Sequence record: PX871048.2
Source: a phage
Length of the DNA: 43,596 nt
Reading direction: 5' to 3' (one strand)
Shown piece by piece: positions 1 to 9,384 of this stretch. The notes below the pieces were generated by a model, which saw nothing but the letters and a program-made list of their open reading frames with translations, searched no databases and had not been told where the DNA came from. The position numbers and the translations under genes were made by a program. Numbering within the stretch: position 1 is the first letter of the stretch; each line of letters opens with the position of its first letter.

Positions 1-2337
1 ATGGCTGATGTAGCTAGTTTAGTTGTAAAGGTATCAGAGCAAGGCGCGAAAGCTACATCTGACCGCCTTGATAATCTCTCCAAGTCGGCAAAAGTAGCAG
101 GGGCAGCCGTAGCTGGCCTCGCTTTCATCGTCGCCGCTACCGCGTACAAGGCCGCACAGGAACTGGTAGACTCCCAACGGCAACTGGACAAGATGTCCGC
201 CAGCCTGAAAACGCTAACCGGAAGCACGCAGGGTGCAAGACAGGCGTTAAGCATCCTGCAAGACTTCGCGCGCGACACTCCGTATGGCCTTGAACAGGCG
301 GTGGAGGGATTCCGCAAACTTGTGGCGCTTGGTCTTACACCGTCAGAAGAAGCGTTGCGCTCCTACGGAAACACCGCCGCCGCTATGGGTAAAGACCTAA
401 ATCAGATGATTGAGGCCGTTGCGGACGCCAGTACATTTGAATTTGAGCGCCTTAAAGAATTCGGCATCAAGGCCAAGCAAAACAAAGACGATGTTGAATT
501 TACATTCCAGGGCACTACTACGGTGGTTAAGAAGAGCGCTGCCGACATCGAGCAATACCTGCTCAACATTGGTAACGTAAACTTCGCGGGGGCTATGGCG
601 GACCAGGCCAACACACTTAACGGGGCCATCGCCAGTGCCAGCGATTCCTGGTCGCAGTTAAAAATGACACTGGCTACCAGCCTTGATGTTGGTGCTCTTG
701 CGGGGCCTATCCGGTACATCGATGATTTAATCCAGGAACTTAACGCACAGGTAGCATCCGGTGAACTCGCCGCCGAGATGCGTATGTGGGGTGTCATCGC
801 GTCGGAAGTAGGAAGCGCGATAGAGATGTCGTTCGATGCGGCATTTGGTTTCGTAGGTGATGCGATAAATGGACTTAATGAACTTTGGGATTTTAGCAGT
901 AAAAGTATCACCGACAGCGGCGAACAAACGGCGACAACCATCGCGGAATCAGCTGCCGATGCGCTCGATTTCATCGCAGAAGAATTTACCGCGATGGAGC
1001 GCTTCTTTGAAGATATGGTTAAAGGGGCACAGGGCGCCGGGCGACTAGTGAAAGCAGCCTTCACACCGGGGGAATCTGTAGACGTCGCAAAAAACATTAA
1101 CTTCCAGCTGGGTATGGCACTGGATACTCAGCGTGATGTTGCGGACCTGACCCGTAAAAGTTTCCGCGAACAGGTGGAGGCCCAGCAAAATATTGTCGCG
1201 CTTAAACGCGCAGCATATGACATCGACAAAGAAGCCGCTAAGGAAGAAGGGCTTAGTAAATTTAAGGTAACTGGTACTGGTGGCGGGTCCGAAGATGATA
1301 ACGCTAGCGCAAAAGCCGCCAAGAAAGCTGCGGATGCGTTCGAGCGCCAGAAGAAAGCCGCTGAGGATTTCTACTACCAGTCGATTCATCTCAATGATGA
1401 CGTATTCCAGAAAATAGAAGCCAACCAGGAACAGCAGTTAACCAAGCTACAGGAGTTTTACGGCAATCAGCTTCTTAGCGACCAGCAATACGAAAACGCC
1501 AAAACTCAGATTATGCTGGAAGCGGATACTGCTCGCCAGGAGGAACTCGCTAAGCGAGAGAAAGAAAGGCAGGAAAAGAACCAGAAAGGCGAGGACTTCA
1601 TGGCTCAGATTATGGGCCAGAACGCCGCTGAGCTTGAGCTTCTGGAGATTCAGGAGCAACAAAAACTTGACGTTGCAGACAAATACCGCGAACAGAACCT
1701 TATTAACGAGGAGCAGTACCAAGCAGCGGTTAACGCGATAAATGACCAGTACGCATTGAAACGCGCCAACGCGACAGGTAATGCTTTCGGGATGATGGCG
1801 GATAATATTAAGTCGTCTCTCGGCGAAGCGTCTACGGCGTACAAAGCGTTTGCTATCGCCCAGGCCACCATAGCCACATACACATCCGCTATAGAGGCAT
1901 ATAAGTCCGCGTCCGCGATTCCTATTGTCGGCTGGGTGCTCGGCCCGGTGGCTGCTGCCGCAGCCGTAGCAGCGGGTCTGGCGAACATTGGTAAGATTCG
2001 CTCCGCACGTGAACAGGGGGGTAACCTAGCCGCCGGTCAGTTATCTACCATCGCAGAACGAAACAAACCAGAAGTTATCATGCCAGCAGGCGCATCGCGT
2101 GTTCGCACCGCACAGCAAATGAAAGAGATTATGGGCGAGAACGGCAACAAGTCAGGCGGTGACAGCGTTACAATCGTCAACAACACCACCGGACGTGTTG
2201 ATTCCGCCGTTACAGAGCGTGACGACGAAGGGCGGTTACGTGTTATCATCAGCGAAACAGTATCGGCGGCGTTACAAGACAGCAACAGTGCAATCTCTAA
2301 GTCACGCCGTGCTACACGAAACCAGCCGGGGTATTAA
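1..2337 (+). CDS. tail tape measure protein
   Basis: 778-aa ORF, long A/E/K/Q-rich coiled-coil-like stretches, internal hydrophobic segment GWVLGPVAAAAAVAAGLANIG, sits between putative chaperone ORFs (window end) and tail genes. Confidence 0.8.
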   Translation: MADVASLVVKVSEQGAKATSDRLDNLSKSAKVAGAAVAGLAFIVAATAYKAAQELVDSQRQLDKMSASLKTLTGSTQGARQALSILQDFARDTPYGLEQAVEGFRKLVALGLTPSEEALRSYGNTAAAMGKDLNQMIEAVADASTFEFERLKEFGIKAKQNKDDVEFTFQGTTTVVKKSAADIEQYLLNIGNVNFAGAMADQANTLNGAIASASDSWSQLKMTLATSLDVGALAGPIRYIDDLIQELNAQVASGELAAEMRMWGVIASEVGSAIEMSFDAAFGFVGDAINGLNELWDFSSKSITDSGEQTATTIAESAADALDFIAEEFTAMERFFEDMVKGAQGAGRLVKAAFTPGESVDVAKNINFQLGMALDTQRDVADLTRKSFREQVEAQQNIVALKRAAYDIDKEAAKEEGLSKFKVTGTGGGSEDDNASAKAAKKAADAFERQKKAAEDFYYQSIHLNDDVFQKIEANQEQQLTKLQEFYGNQLLSDQQYENAKTQIMLEADTARQEELAKREKERQEKNQKGEDFMAQIMGQNAAELELLEIQEQQKLDVADKYREQNLINEEQYQAAVNAINDQYALKRANATGNAFGMMADNIKSSLGEASTAYKAFAIAQATIATYTSAIEAYKSASAIPIVGWVLGPVAAAAAVAAGLANIGKIRSAREQGGNLAAGQLSTIAERNKPEVIMPAGASRVRTAQQMKEIMGENGNKSGGDSVTIVNNTTGRVDSAVTERDDEGRLRVIISETVSAALQDSNSAISKSRRATRNQPGY

Positions 2338-2340
2338 CCA

Positions 2341-3723
2341 ATGAGTGATTTGAGATTCCCTATGTCCCTTCGACCAATAGTGTCGAAGGGGTACTCCCAA
2401 ACGCGAGGGAGTAATATCTGGCGTACAGAAGTGCAAGGCGGCGTTCCGCGTCAGGGCCGAGACACATACTTCGAACCGGTGCCGATTAGCGTTACCCTGG
2501 TTGTGTCGTCACTAGGCCGCCAGGCTTTCTATAGCTTTCTGAATAACATAGACGGCGGGGCGTCTTCGTTCATCATGCCTCACGATACCGGTTTAGGTAT
2601 CGAAGACCACCAGGTTCTTATTACGTCTGATATTAGCGATAGCACTGACGATGGTAAGAACTGGGTGATTACGTTCACTGCTACGGCAGAGAGAACAGCG
2701 ATTCAGGAAGATACATGCTTTACGAAGAATCTGCCAGATTTGTTCGGTTGCTACGGCGATTATTTAGGTAGTTTTCTGAAAATATACGCGAACTATGAGA
2801 CTACGTTCCCGCGCATCTGGAGCGATGAAGGGCCCGCAGGATACCCGCCGATTAACCTTCTGGCGTCCGCCCTGGATAGCCGCATTGTGTACGACGGGCC
2901 GCAGGTTTATTACATCAACCGAAACGGCAATCTTGTGCAGTCCGCGGCTAATGAATGGCCTCTTACGTTTATTGATGGTGTCGCTGTCGGGCGTGTGCCG
3001 CCAGAAGGTGCCTCGCGCAATTTGTACATAAATTCGGAAACATGGGCAACTGGACTCCAAACATCTGTGCGGAATAATGCCGAAGTATCACCTCGCGGCG
3101 ATATAACTATGGCGGAAGTCACTGCGACAACTTCAAACTCTGAGCATTTCGCTAACGACAGGGCAATAGGGGTGCAGCAAGATGAGCTGTATTCATATTC
3201 AATATTTGTAAAAGCCGCTAGCGACCCACTAAACCTTTACCTAAGGGTGACAGCGGGCACCGTAGCGAGCACAATGTTCAACCCTGTTACTGGCGCATTT
3301 GTCGCGAACTTAGGAGTTAATTTTGTATCAAAAAATGCCGTTAGGGTTTCCGAGGACACATATAGGGTAACAATGGTCTTCCGGGCTGGCGCAACTAGAA
3401 ACTCTGTTATCCGTGTGCAGCTTGCATCTAGTGTGTCCCCAATATTCGCGGGTACTGGGGGAAATGGCATTTATGTATGGGGGGCGCAGTTAGAGAAATC
3501 GGCAAATACTACCAGTTACATACAGACATCAGCTATTGCAGGAGATAGAGTATCGGCATCGGCAAAAGTAGTAATGAGCGGCGCAACGAGCATTGATATT
3601 ACCTATTCCGATGGTTCTGTGGTAAACGTTCCGTCTGTTAACGGCTACGCCACCATTCCGCAGGCCGATTCTGCGTGGGGGAGTAAATATATCACTCGCA
3701 TTGATTTTAACGTGGACGGTTAA
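2341..3723 (+). CDS. tail structural protein (position suggests distal tail protein)
   Basis: 460-aa ORF starting 4 nt after tape measure stop; synteny only. Confidence 0.5.
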   Translation: MSDLRFPMSLRPIVSKGYSQTRGSNIWRTEVQGGVPRQGRDTYFEPVPISVTLVVSSLGRQAFYSFLNNIDGGASSFIMPHDTGLGIEDHQVLITSDISDSTDDGKNWVITFTATAERTAIQEDTCFTKNLPDLFGCYGDYLGSFLKIYANYETTFPRIWSDEGPAGYPPINLLASALDSRIVYDGPQVYYINRNGNLVQSAANEWPLTFIDGVAVGRVPPEGASRNLYINSETWATGLQTSVRNNAEVSPRGDITMAEVTATTSNSEHFANDRAIGVQQDELYSYSIFVKAASDPLNLYLRVTAGTVASTMFNPVTGAFVANLGVNFVSKNAVRVSEDTYRVTMVFRAGATRNSVIRVQLASSVSPIFAGTGGNGIYVWGAQLEKSANTTSYIQTSAIAGDRVSASAKVVMSGATSIDITYSDGSVVNVPSVNGYATIPQADSAWGSKYITRIDFNVDG

Positions 3724-3726
3724 CTT

Positions 3727-4242
3727 ATGAGCCAGGAATCAGTAGAAGCCGCCTATCGCCGCAAGCTGGCCTCAAATCCCGACGGCGAACTGGACTACAT
3801 TACTCTTGAAATAACGCACCCGCTTCTCTCGAAGCGGTGGTTGCTTGTGCGCGGGACGTCTGACCTGACGGCAACGTTAGAGACCGGAGAAGTAGTTACG
3901 TTTGAGGCCACACCAATGGAGGCTAAAGGGGCCGCCAACAATAACGACATGGACCAGCGGTCGTCGTTCGCATTACCTGATATTGGTAACCAGTTAGATG
4001 ATGAGATGGACAGGATACCACCGGATAATACGGTGTTGCCTAAGTTTATATTCCGCCGTTTCGTCAGCACAGACTTAACCTATCCAGCGGATGGGCCTGT
4101 TGTTTACGAATTGCAGTCGATAAACCAGGAAAAGGGGATATTCACAGCTGACGTCGGCGTCCCTATGTTGAACCAAAGAGCCACCGGTGAACTAATGACC
4201 CCTTCGGTAATCCCATTGTTGCGTGGTGTTTTGTCTACATGA
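3727..4242 (+). CDS. minor tail protein
   Basis: 171-aa ORF tightly packed in tail operon. Confidence 0.45.
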   Translation: MSQESVEAAYRRKLASNPDGELDYITLEITHPLLSKRWLLVRGTSDLTATLETGEVVTFEATPMEAKGAANNNDMDQRSSFALPDIGNQLDDEMDRIPPDNTVLPKFIFRRFVSTDLTYPADGPVVYELQSINQEKGIFTADVGVPMLNQRATGELMTPSVIPLLRGVLST

Positions 4243-4604
4243 ATATTAATTCTTATACTGGGTTGCCGTACGATTTTCGCCGTCGTAATTGCTGGCACCA
4301 CGTGCGTAACGTTCGTACCGACGCTGGTCTTTTTACGCCAGAGTTTAACGTCGCTTCACCAACACAGATTAACGACGCCTTCGAAGAAGGCCATAAAGAC
4401 ACTAAAGGCCTCGTACGCGTAGAAACTCCGCAAAACTTCGATGCCGTGCTGATGGCGACACGGCACAGAAACCGTGTAATCTGGCACGCTGGCGTATATT
4501 ATGATGGTATGGTCAGTCATTGCGAGTTAGCAAGTCGCCAGGTACGGTTAGACCGACTGGAAGACTTGCGCGAAACTTATGCGGAGATAGAATTTTGGCG
4601 CTGA
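4239..4604 (+). CDS. tail assembly protein, possibly NlpC/P60-like (Cys/His motif NCWHH)
   Basis: 121-aa ORF overlapping neighbours by 4 nt; Cys and His residues spaced like a small peptidase domain; weak. Confidence 0.35.
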   Translation: MNINSYTGLPYDFRRRNCWHHVRNVRTDAGLFTPEFNVASPTQINDAFEEGHKDTKGLVRVETPQNFDAVLMATRHRNRVIWHAGVYYDGMVSHCELASRQVRLDRLEDLRETYAEIEFWR

Positions 4605-6184
4605 TATTACATTACACCCGTAACGAAGACGGTACTTTTGACCGCAAACGGTATAACGTACCTCCGATGGAATACGTCGTTGCTAACATCCCAGACGGGG
4701 TACCTGTGCGTATTTACCGCGGCGAGATTGGTGATGATACAGACGTAACGGAAAACTTCGAAGCGCTGAAAGAAGATGACGTTTTCCATATCATCGAGGG
4801 CGCTGGCGGCGGTGGTGGTTTTCTTGGTAAACTCCTGGACCCTTTGGGTGTGCTTAAATTTGTTACCAAGTTGATTTCTCCGTCGCAGAAAACGCCTAAA
4901 ACGAGTTTAGCGAACCAGCAGGCGGAGTCTCCAAACAACAGCCTGACGGACCGAAACAATAAACCGCGTCCGTATGAACGGTCGTATGATATTTGCGGCA
5001 GGGTCCAGACTATCCCTAATGACCTCATGACTACGTATAAGGTCTTCAATGACGCAGGTGTGGTAGTCGAATACGGCTACTATGACGCCGGTCGTGGGTA
5101 TCTTGATATTAAAGCCGAAGACATCACCGACGGCGATACTAAAGTGCAGGAGATTACAGGAACTTCTGTAGCGGTATACGCCCCATTTACATCCCCTAAC
5201 AATACAAATACGCCTCAGCTTCTGGTGGGGGACCCTATCAATCAGAATCTGTACATAACTATTGCCTCGAACGAGGTAGATGGGGCCGTTCTTAAAGCGC
5301 AGAACGATATCAGGGTTAATCCCAGTGATACCGGTGAGATTTCATTGCAGGGGGCAACTGGTGTCGTCCGCGATAACACTGGCGACTCTGCTTTCTCTGA
5401 GATTTTATCGGTTGGGGACATAGCTGTTTTTAACCTTATTCTGGTAAAAGACGTGGCTAACGTCAGTGGTAGCTATACTGTTACATACGTAGATGACTTT
5501 GAGGTAAGAGTAGCCGCCGGAGGGGTGTTGTCAGAATGGCAAAAATTGCCATCGGGGTTCACTCCTTTAACGCAAGGTACCGAAGCATGGATTTCACCGT
5601 CGAACACTTACGATAAGTCGTTAACGGACTGGACTACTTTAAACCGCCTGGAAGTTGAACGCGTAGTAGCCAACATCGCGGCCGCGAATGGTATGTATAA
5701 AGACAACGGCAGTAAATTGCGCACGTCGGTAACTGTCGAGCTTCAGTATCAACTCCTTGATGAAACTGGCGTGCCGTACGGGGATGTTTACTCAAAACAG
5801 GCCGTTATATCAGGTCGTTCTGCGGATTACACAGGTGTTACTATTTACGCCGACTTGCCCATGCGGTCGAAAGTTAGGGTACGGGCCCGCCGTGTTACTA
5901 ACCTTGACCTTAGTTTCGAGGGGACCGTGGTAGACGAGGTTTCCTACATCAACCTTTATGGGCAGGTACGCGACACTACACCGCATTACGGCAACCGTAC
6001 TACCGTGCACTCCGCACGTAAGCGGTACGCGACACTACACCGCATTACGGCAACCGTACTACCGTGCACTCCGCACGTAAGCAGACGCCGCGGGCCGCGG
6101 AGATTAAGCAGCCGCAACTACGTATGGTTGCCACAGAGATGGTGTACAAATACCTCGGCAACGGCGTATTCGACACGGTTATGA
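4520..6184 (+). CDS. large tail-tip / host-specificity protein, N-terminal part; frame broken by 59-bp tandem duplication
   Basis: ORF reads in frame through repeat copy 1 (..TTVHSARK) then enters out-of-frame sequence and stops at 6184; true start probably TTG about 4595 or ATG 4667 rather than 4520. Confidence 0.55.
   Translation: MRVSKSPGTVRPTGRLARNLCGDRILALILHYTRNEDGTFDRKRYNVPPMEYVVANIPDGVPVRIYRGEIGDDTDVTENFEALKEDDVFHIIEGAGGGGGFLGKLLDPLGVLKFVTKLISPSQKTPKTSLANQQAESPNNSLTDRNNKPRPYERSYDICGRVQTIPNDLMTTYKVFNDAGVVVEYGYYDAGRGYLDIKAEDITDGDTKVQEITGTSVAVYAPFTSPNNTNTPQLLVGDPINQNLYITIASNEVDGAVLKAQNDIRVNPSDTGEISLQGATGVVRDNTGDSAFSEILSVGDIAVFNLILVKDVANVSGSYTVTYVDDFEVRVAAGGVLSEWQKLPSGFTPLTQGTEAWISPSNTYDKSLTDWTTLNRLEVERVVANIAAANGMYKDNGSKLRTSVTVELQYQLLDETGVPYGDVYSKQAVISGRSADYTGVTIYADLPMRSKVRVRARRVTNLDLSFEGTVVDEVSYINLYGQVRDTTPHYGNRTTVHSARKRYATLHRITATVLPCTPHVSRRRGPRRLSSRNYVWLPQRWCTNTSATAYSTRL
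5965..6082 (+). repeat. perfect 59-bp tandem direct duplication (5965-6023 and 6024-6082)
   Basis: two adjacent identical 59-nt copies; flanking bases differ; 59 is not a multiple of 3. Confidence 0.9.
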
Positions 6185-7206
6185 CACCGAATACTCAGGC
6201 GATTCAGTCCTTAATCCGTCTTGCCCGCGACCCGGTAGTAGGTAATCTCAACCTAACCACATCCAATATGGACAAGTTGTTAGCGACTCAGAACGAGATA
6301 GAAAACTATTTCGGTAACGCAGAGGCTGGTCAATTCTGCTACACTTTTGACGATTATAAAATGACTATGCAGGACATAATCAGCACAATAGCCGACGCTA
6401 TTTTCTGCACACCATATCGTAAAGGGCAAGACATATTACTGGATTTCGAGCGCCCTCGTATGGGGCCGGAGATGGTATTCACCCACCGCAGCAAAACTAC
6501 CGCGGCGGAGAAGTGGACGCGCACGTTTAACGACGCACAGGTATACGATAGTCTCAAGTTTTCATACATCGACCCAGATACTAACGTCAAAGAGACTATT
6601 AGCATCCCGGCCGAAGGAGGTGTTAATACCGAAACGTACGACTCTAAGGGTATCCGTAACTATCGACAGGCGTACTGGGCAGCTTATCGACGTTACCAGA
6701 AAAACTTGTTGAAGAAAGTCACGGTGTCCTTTACGGCGACAGAAGAAGGAGTTTTTGTGCTGCCTGGTCGCGCAATAAGCGTCGTTAAAGGTTCGCGCGT
6801 AGCGCCTCAAGACGGCTATGTTGTTGCCGTTAATGGTCTTACTCTGACTTTATCACAGCCGGTTACTTTTACCCCCGGAGACGACCACTCATTGATTCTT
6901 AAGAAGCGTGACGGTGGTGTTCAAAGTGTTGCCGTTGTGCCCGGAAGCCACGACCGTGAAGTGGTTATGCTCTCTGCGCCTCAGGAGGCGATATACACAG
7001 GGAATAGCGCACTAAAAACTGAGTTTTCATTCGGCAACGAAGCAAGGCATAATGCTCAGATGATTCTTGTTTCTACAGTTGACCCTGGAGACGACAGAAC
7101 GGTTAAGATTACTGGGATTAACTACGAAGCAGATTTCTATAAATACGACGGCGTCGCACCTTTCGGTAGCGGTTTCTCCGGCGGATTCAGCAACGGTTTT
7201 AGTTAA
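6064..7206 (+). CDS. large tail-tip / host-specificity protein, C-terminal part (starts inside repeat copy 2)
   Basis: 380-aa ORF; its frame equals the frame of the upstream ORF if one repeat copy is deleted (..HSARKQTPRAAEIKQ..). Confidence 0.55.
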   Translation: MHSARKQTPRAAEIKQPQLRMVATEMVYKYLGNGVFDTVMTPNTQAIQSLIRLARDPVVGNLNLTTSNMDKLLATQNEIENYFGNAEAGQFCYTFDDYKMTMQDIISTIADAIFCTPYRKGQDILLDFERPRMGPEMVFTHRSKTTAAEKWTRTFNDAQVYDSLKFSYIDPDTNVKETISIPAEGGVNTETYDSKGIRNYRQAYWAAYRRYQKNLLKKVTVSFTATEEGVFVLPGRAISVVKGSRVAPQDGYVVAVNGLTLTLSQPVTFTPGDDHSLILKKRDGGVQSVAVVPGSHDREVVMLSAPQEAIYTGNSALKTEFSFGNEARHNAQMILVSTVDPGDDRTVKITGINYEADFYKYDGVAPFGSGFSGGFSNGFS

Positions 7207-7218
7207 AGAGGACTCTAT

Positions 7219-9033
7219 ATGTCAAGCGGATGCGGTGACGTTTTAAGCCTGGCGGATTTACAAACCGCCAAGAAACACCAGATTTTCGAAGCCGAGGTTA
7301 TCACCGGTAAATCCGGCGGCGTTGCTACGGGTGCCGATATTGATTACGCAACCGATGCTGTTACAGGGCAAACCCAGAAAACACTCCCCGCCGTGTTGCG
7401 TGATGCCGTATTTACTCCGGTTGCGTGGGATTTCTCTACAGGCGGTACGTTAACAGTTAATGACCGCAACAAAGTGGTTTATGACCCGGTGAGCAAAACG
7501 TGGTACTCGTATGCAGGTACGTTGCCGGTTGTTGTCCCGGCATCGTTTAACCCGGTTGGTAATGCTAACTGGAAGCCACAGACCGACCCTGACTTACGAC
7601 AGGATTTAGCGGCTACTACCGCGCAGAAAGGAGCAAGCCTTGTCGGATATAAATCACCAGTAGCAGGCTCCGTAGCTACGACCTTGCAGTCAAAAGAATC
7701 GGAATACGTCTCTGTGTATGACTTCGGGGCGAAAGCTGAACCCGGATTTGATAATGCCACGGCATTTGCATTAGTAAAAACTGCCGCGGAAGCAGGTATT
7801 ACAATTTTGTTCCCAGCTGGGACTTATGAAACATCATCCGAGCTTACATTCACGTCAGCAGTTAAACTTGTGGGTATGCCTGGTACACGTATTAAGATAA
7901 CTGCACCAGGAAAAGCTCATGTCATGTGCATTGACCTTCGCGGCCCAGTTGGTGATTACTGGGGTTACGGGGTGCACCTGGAAAACTTCATTCTTGACGG
8001 TAATGGTAATGCGGTAGATGGATTATCTCTGCGCGGTGTTATCTCATCACGCTTTGTTAATATACGTGCTACTAACGTTACTCGTGCCGGTTTACATCGT
8101 TGGTGGACTCAATTATGTACCTTTGAGAATTTCCAGTGCTCATCTAACGTTGAAGCATTTACTACTACACCTGTTTACGGAATCCTCACTGACTGTGAGT
8201 TTGATACCGGAAATGACCGTGGAAGCTCTGCAGATACGATTACTAACCCAGAAATAGAGCATGTATCCGGTACAGGCATATGTGGGGTGTTTGAGTCAAA
8301 CTCCGTATACATAAACGGTACATCTGAAGGTAATAATATCGGAATAGCTTTCGGTAATACTGATAGCCGAAACCAGTCTGTTAGTAATACTGTAATAGGT
8401 ATGGACCTTGAGGTTAACACGGCTACAGATATTCTACTTTATTCGAACACCTATGCTAACGACTTCATTGGTTTGAAGGCAGGATATAACTCTCCTAGCA
8501 TCCAGGTACAAGGTTCTTTTGGGAATAAGTGGCTTGGCGGTTCATGTGCTGGTATTGATTTTTATAGCGAGTCCCATGATAACAGAGTGTATGGTGTTTC
8601 ACTGTTAGGCGAGGGGGCTGTAATAACAGATGCGGGGAGCCGCAACAAATACACTGATTGTTTTAATATTTCTACAGCAGCGGTCTCTGTATCAACAAAC
8701 CCTTACCCAAACCGCGGTAATAATGTTCTTGCTGCGAATGCCACCGCAACGATTGACCCTTACCGAGATAATCTTACTGTTGTTACCGCAACAAGTAGCC
8801 CTATTAATATTGTGTCCTCAACTACACCACTGGACGGCGCAAGAATGGATTTGGTAATCCATAATACAACTGGGTCGGATACCTTAGTTATCAACTGGTC
8901 TTCTGCGTTCAGGGTTGCTGGTTTTACAGCCCCCGCTGCCGGGAGACATCGTGGTATTTCCCTGGTCTATGATGCCAACTATGGCTACTGGTGTGTTGTT
9001 GGGATGGCAACGGCTGACGCAGTTAGCGTATAA
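7219..9033 (+). CDS. tailspike / tail fiber with pectate-lyase-like beta-helix (putative depolymerase)
   Basis: 604 aa; RBS AAAGAGG upstream; N-terminal anchor-like region then SVYDFGAKAEPGFDNATAF..LFPAGTYE typical of right-handed beta-helix glycanases; from memory. Confidence 0.7.
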   Translation: MSSGCGDVLSLADLQTAKKHQIFEAEVITGKSGGVATGADIDYATDAVTGQTQKTLPAVLRDAVFTPVAWDFSTGGTLTVNDRNKVVYDPVSKTWYSYAGTLPVVVPASFNPVGNANWKPQTDPDLRQDLAATTAQKGASLVGYKSPVAGSVATTLQSKESEYVSVYDFGAKAEPGFDNATAFALVKTAAEAGITILFPAGTYETSSELTFTSAVKLVGMPGTRIKITAPGKAHVMCIDLRGPVGDYWGYGVHLENFILDGNGNAVDGLSLRGVISSRFVNIRATNVTRAGLHRWWTQLCTFENFQCSSNVEAFTTTPVYGILTDCEFDTGNDRGSSADTITNPEIEHVSGTGICGVFESNSVYINGTSEGNNIGIAFGNTDSRNQSVSNTVIGMDLEVNTATDILLYSNTYANDFIGLKAGYNSPSIQVQGSFGNKWLGGSCAGIDFYSESHDNRVYGVSLLGEGAVITDAGSRNKYTDCFNISTAAVSVSTNPYPNRGNNVLAANATATIDPYRDNLTVVTATSSPINIVSSTTPLDGARMDLVIHNTTGSDTLVINWSSAFRVAGFTAPAAGRHRGISLVYDANYGYWCVVGMATADAVSV

Positions 9034-9037
9034 AACT

Positions 9038-9064
9038 AAGGCCCCGTCTGGGGCCTTTTTTTTT
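9038..9064 (+). terminator. rho-independent terminator (GGCCCC-GTCT-GGGGCC plus T9)
   Basis: GC hairpin followed by T-run directly after tailspike stop. Confidence 0.75.
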
Positions 9065-9202
9065 CTACTCTTCTGATAACTTCTCCAGTACAAACGCCAG
9101 TTGCGCGTTGGCGGCGTCTCTTTGCTGCCGTAATCGTAGGACCTCTTCTTCAAGTTCCTTGATACGTTTTTGCAATGCTGGAATCGGGGCTATGATGTTC
9201 AT
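9065..9202 (-). CDS. small coiled-coil protein (45 aa)
   Basis: ATG overlaps stop of upstream minus gene as ATGA; below track size cutoff. Confidence 0.3.
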   Translation of the reverse strand: MNIIAPIPALQKRIKELEEEVLRLRQQRDAANAQLAFVLEKLSEE

Positions 9203-9384
9203 TTCTTACCTTCGCTTTTCTTGAAACTGCGCTTTATATCCGGCGGAGTGTAGCATCGTGAATTTTCGTACTTACCGTCCGAGCTTACCAAAACAAAGCT
9301 GTTGCCGTCTTTTGATATGTACTCGATGGTGAAAGTATTGAATGAATGTACGCTGTATATTTCGTCTCCAACATTAAGTTTCAT
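9199..9384 (-). CDS. hypothetical protein
   Basis: 61-aa ORF, 4-nt overlap with helicase gene. Confidence 0.4.
   Translation of the reverse strand: MKLNVGDEIYSVHSFNTFTIEYISKDGNSFVLVSSDGKYENSRCYTPPDIKRSFKKSEGKK

Noticed and set aside
402-1988. Several minus-strand ORFs (402..1097, 727..927, 1045..1389, 1128..1322, 1447..1722, 1650..1988) inside the tape measure gene
   Set aside because: Nested antisense to a long well-supported gene, low-complexity Ser/Ala/Leu-rich products, no RBS or promoter context.
4520-4604. Track start (TTG 4520) for the large tail-tip ORF
   Set aside because: Would overlap the preceding gene by 85 nt; a TTG near 4595 with GGAG upstream or ATG 4667 is more plausible.
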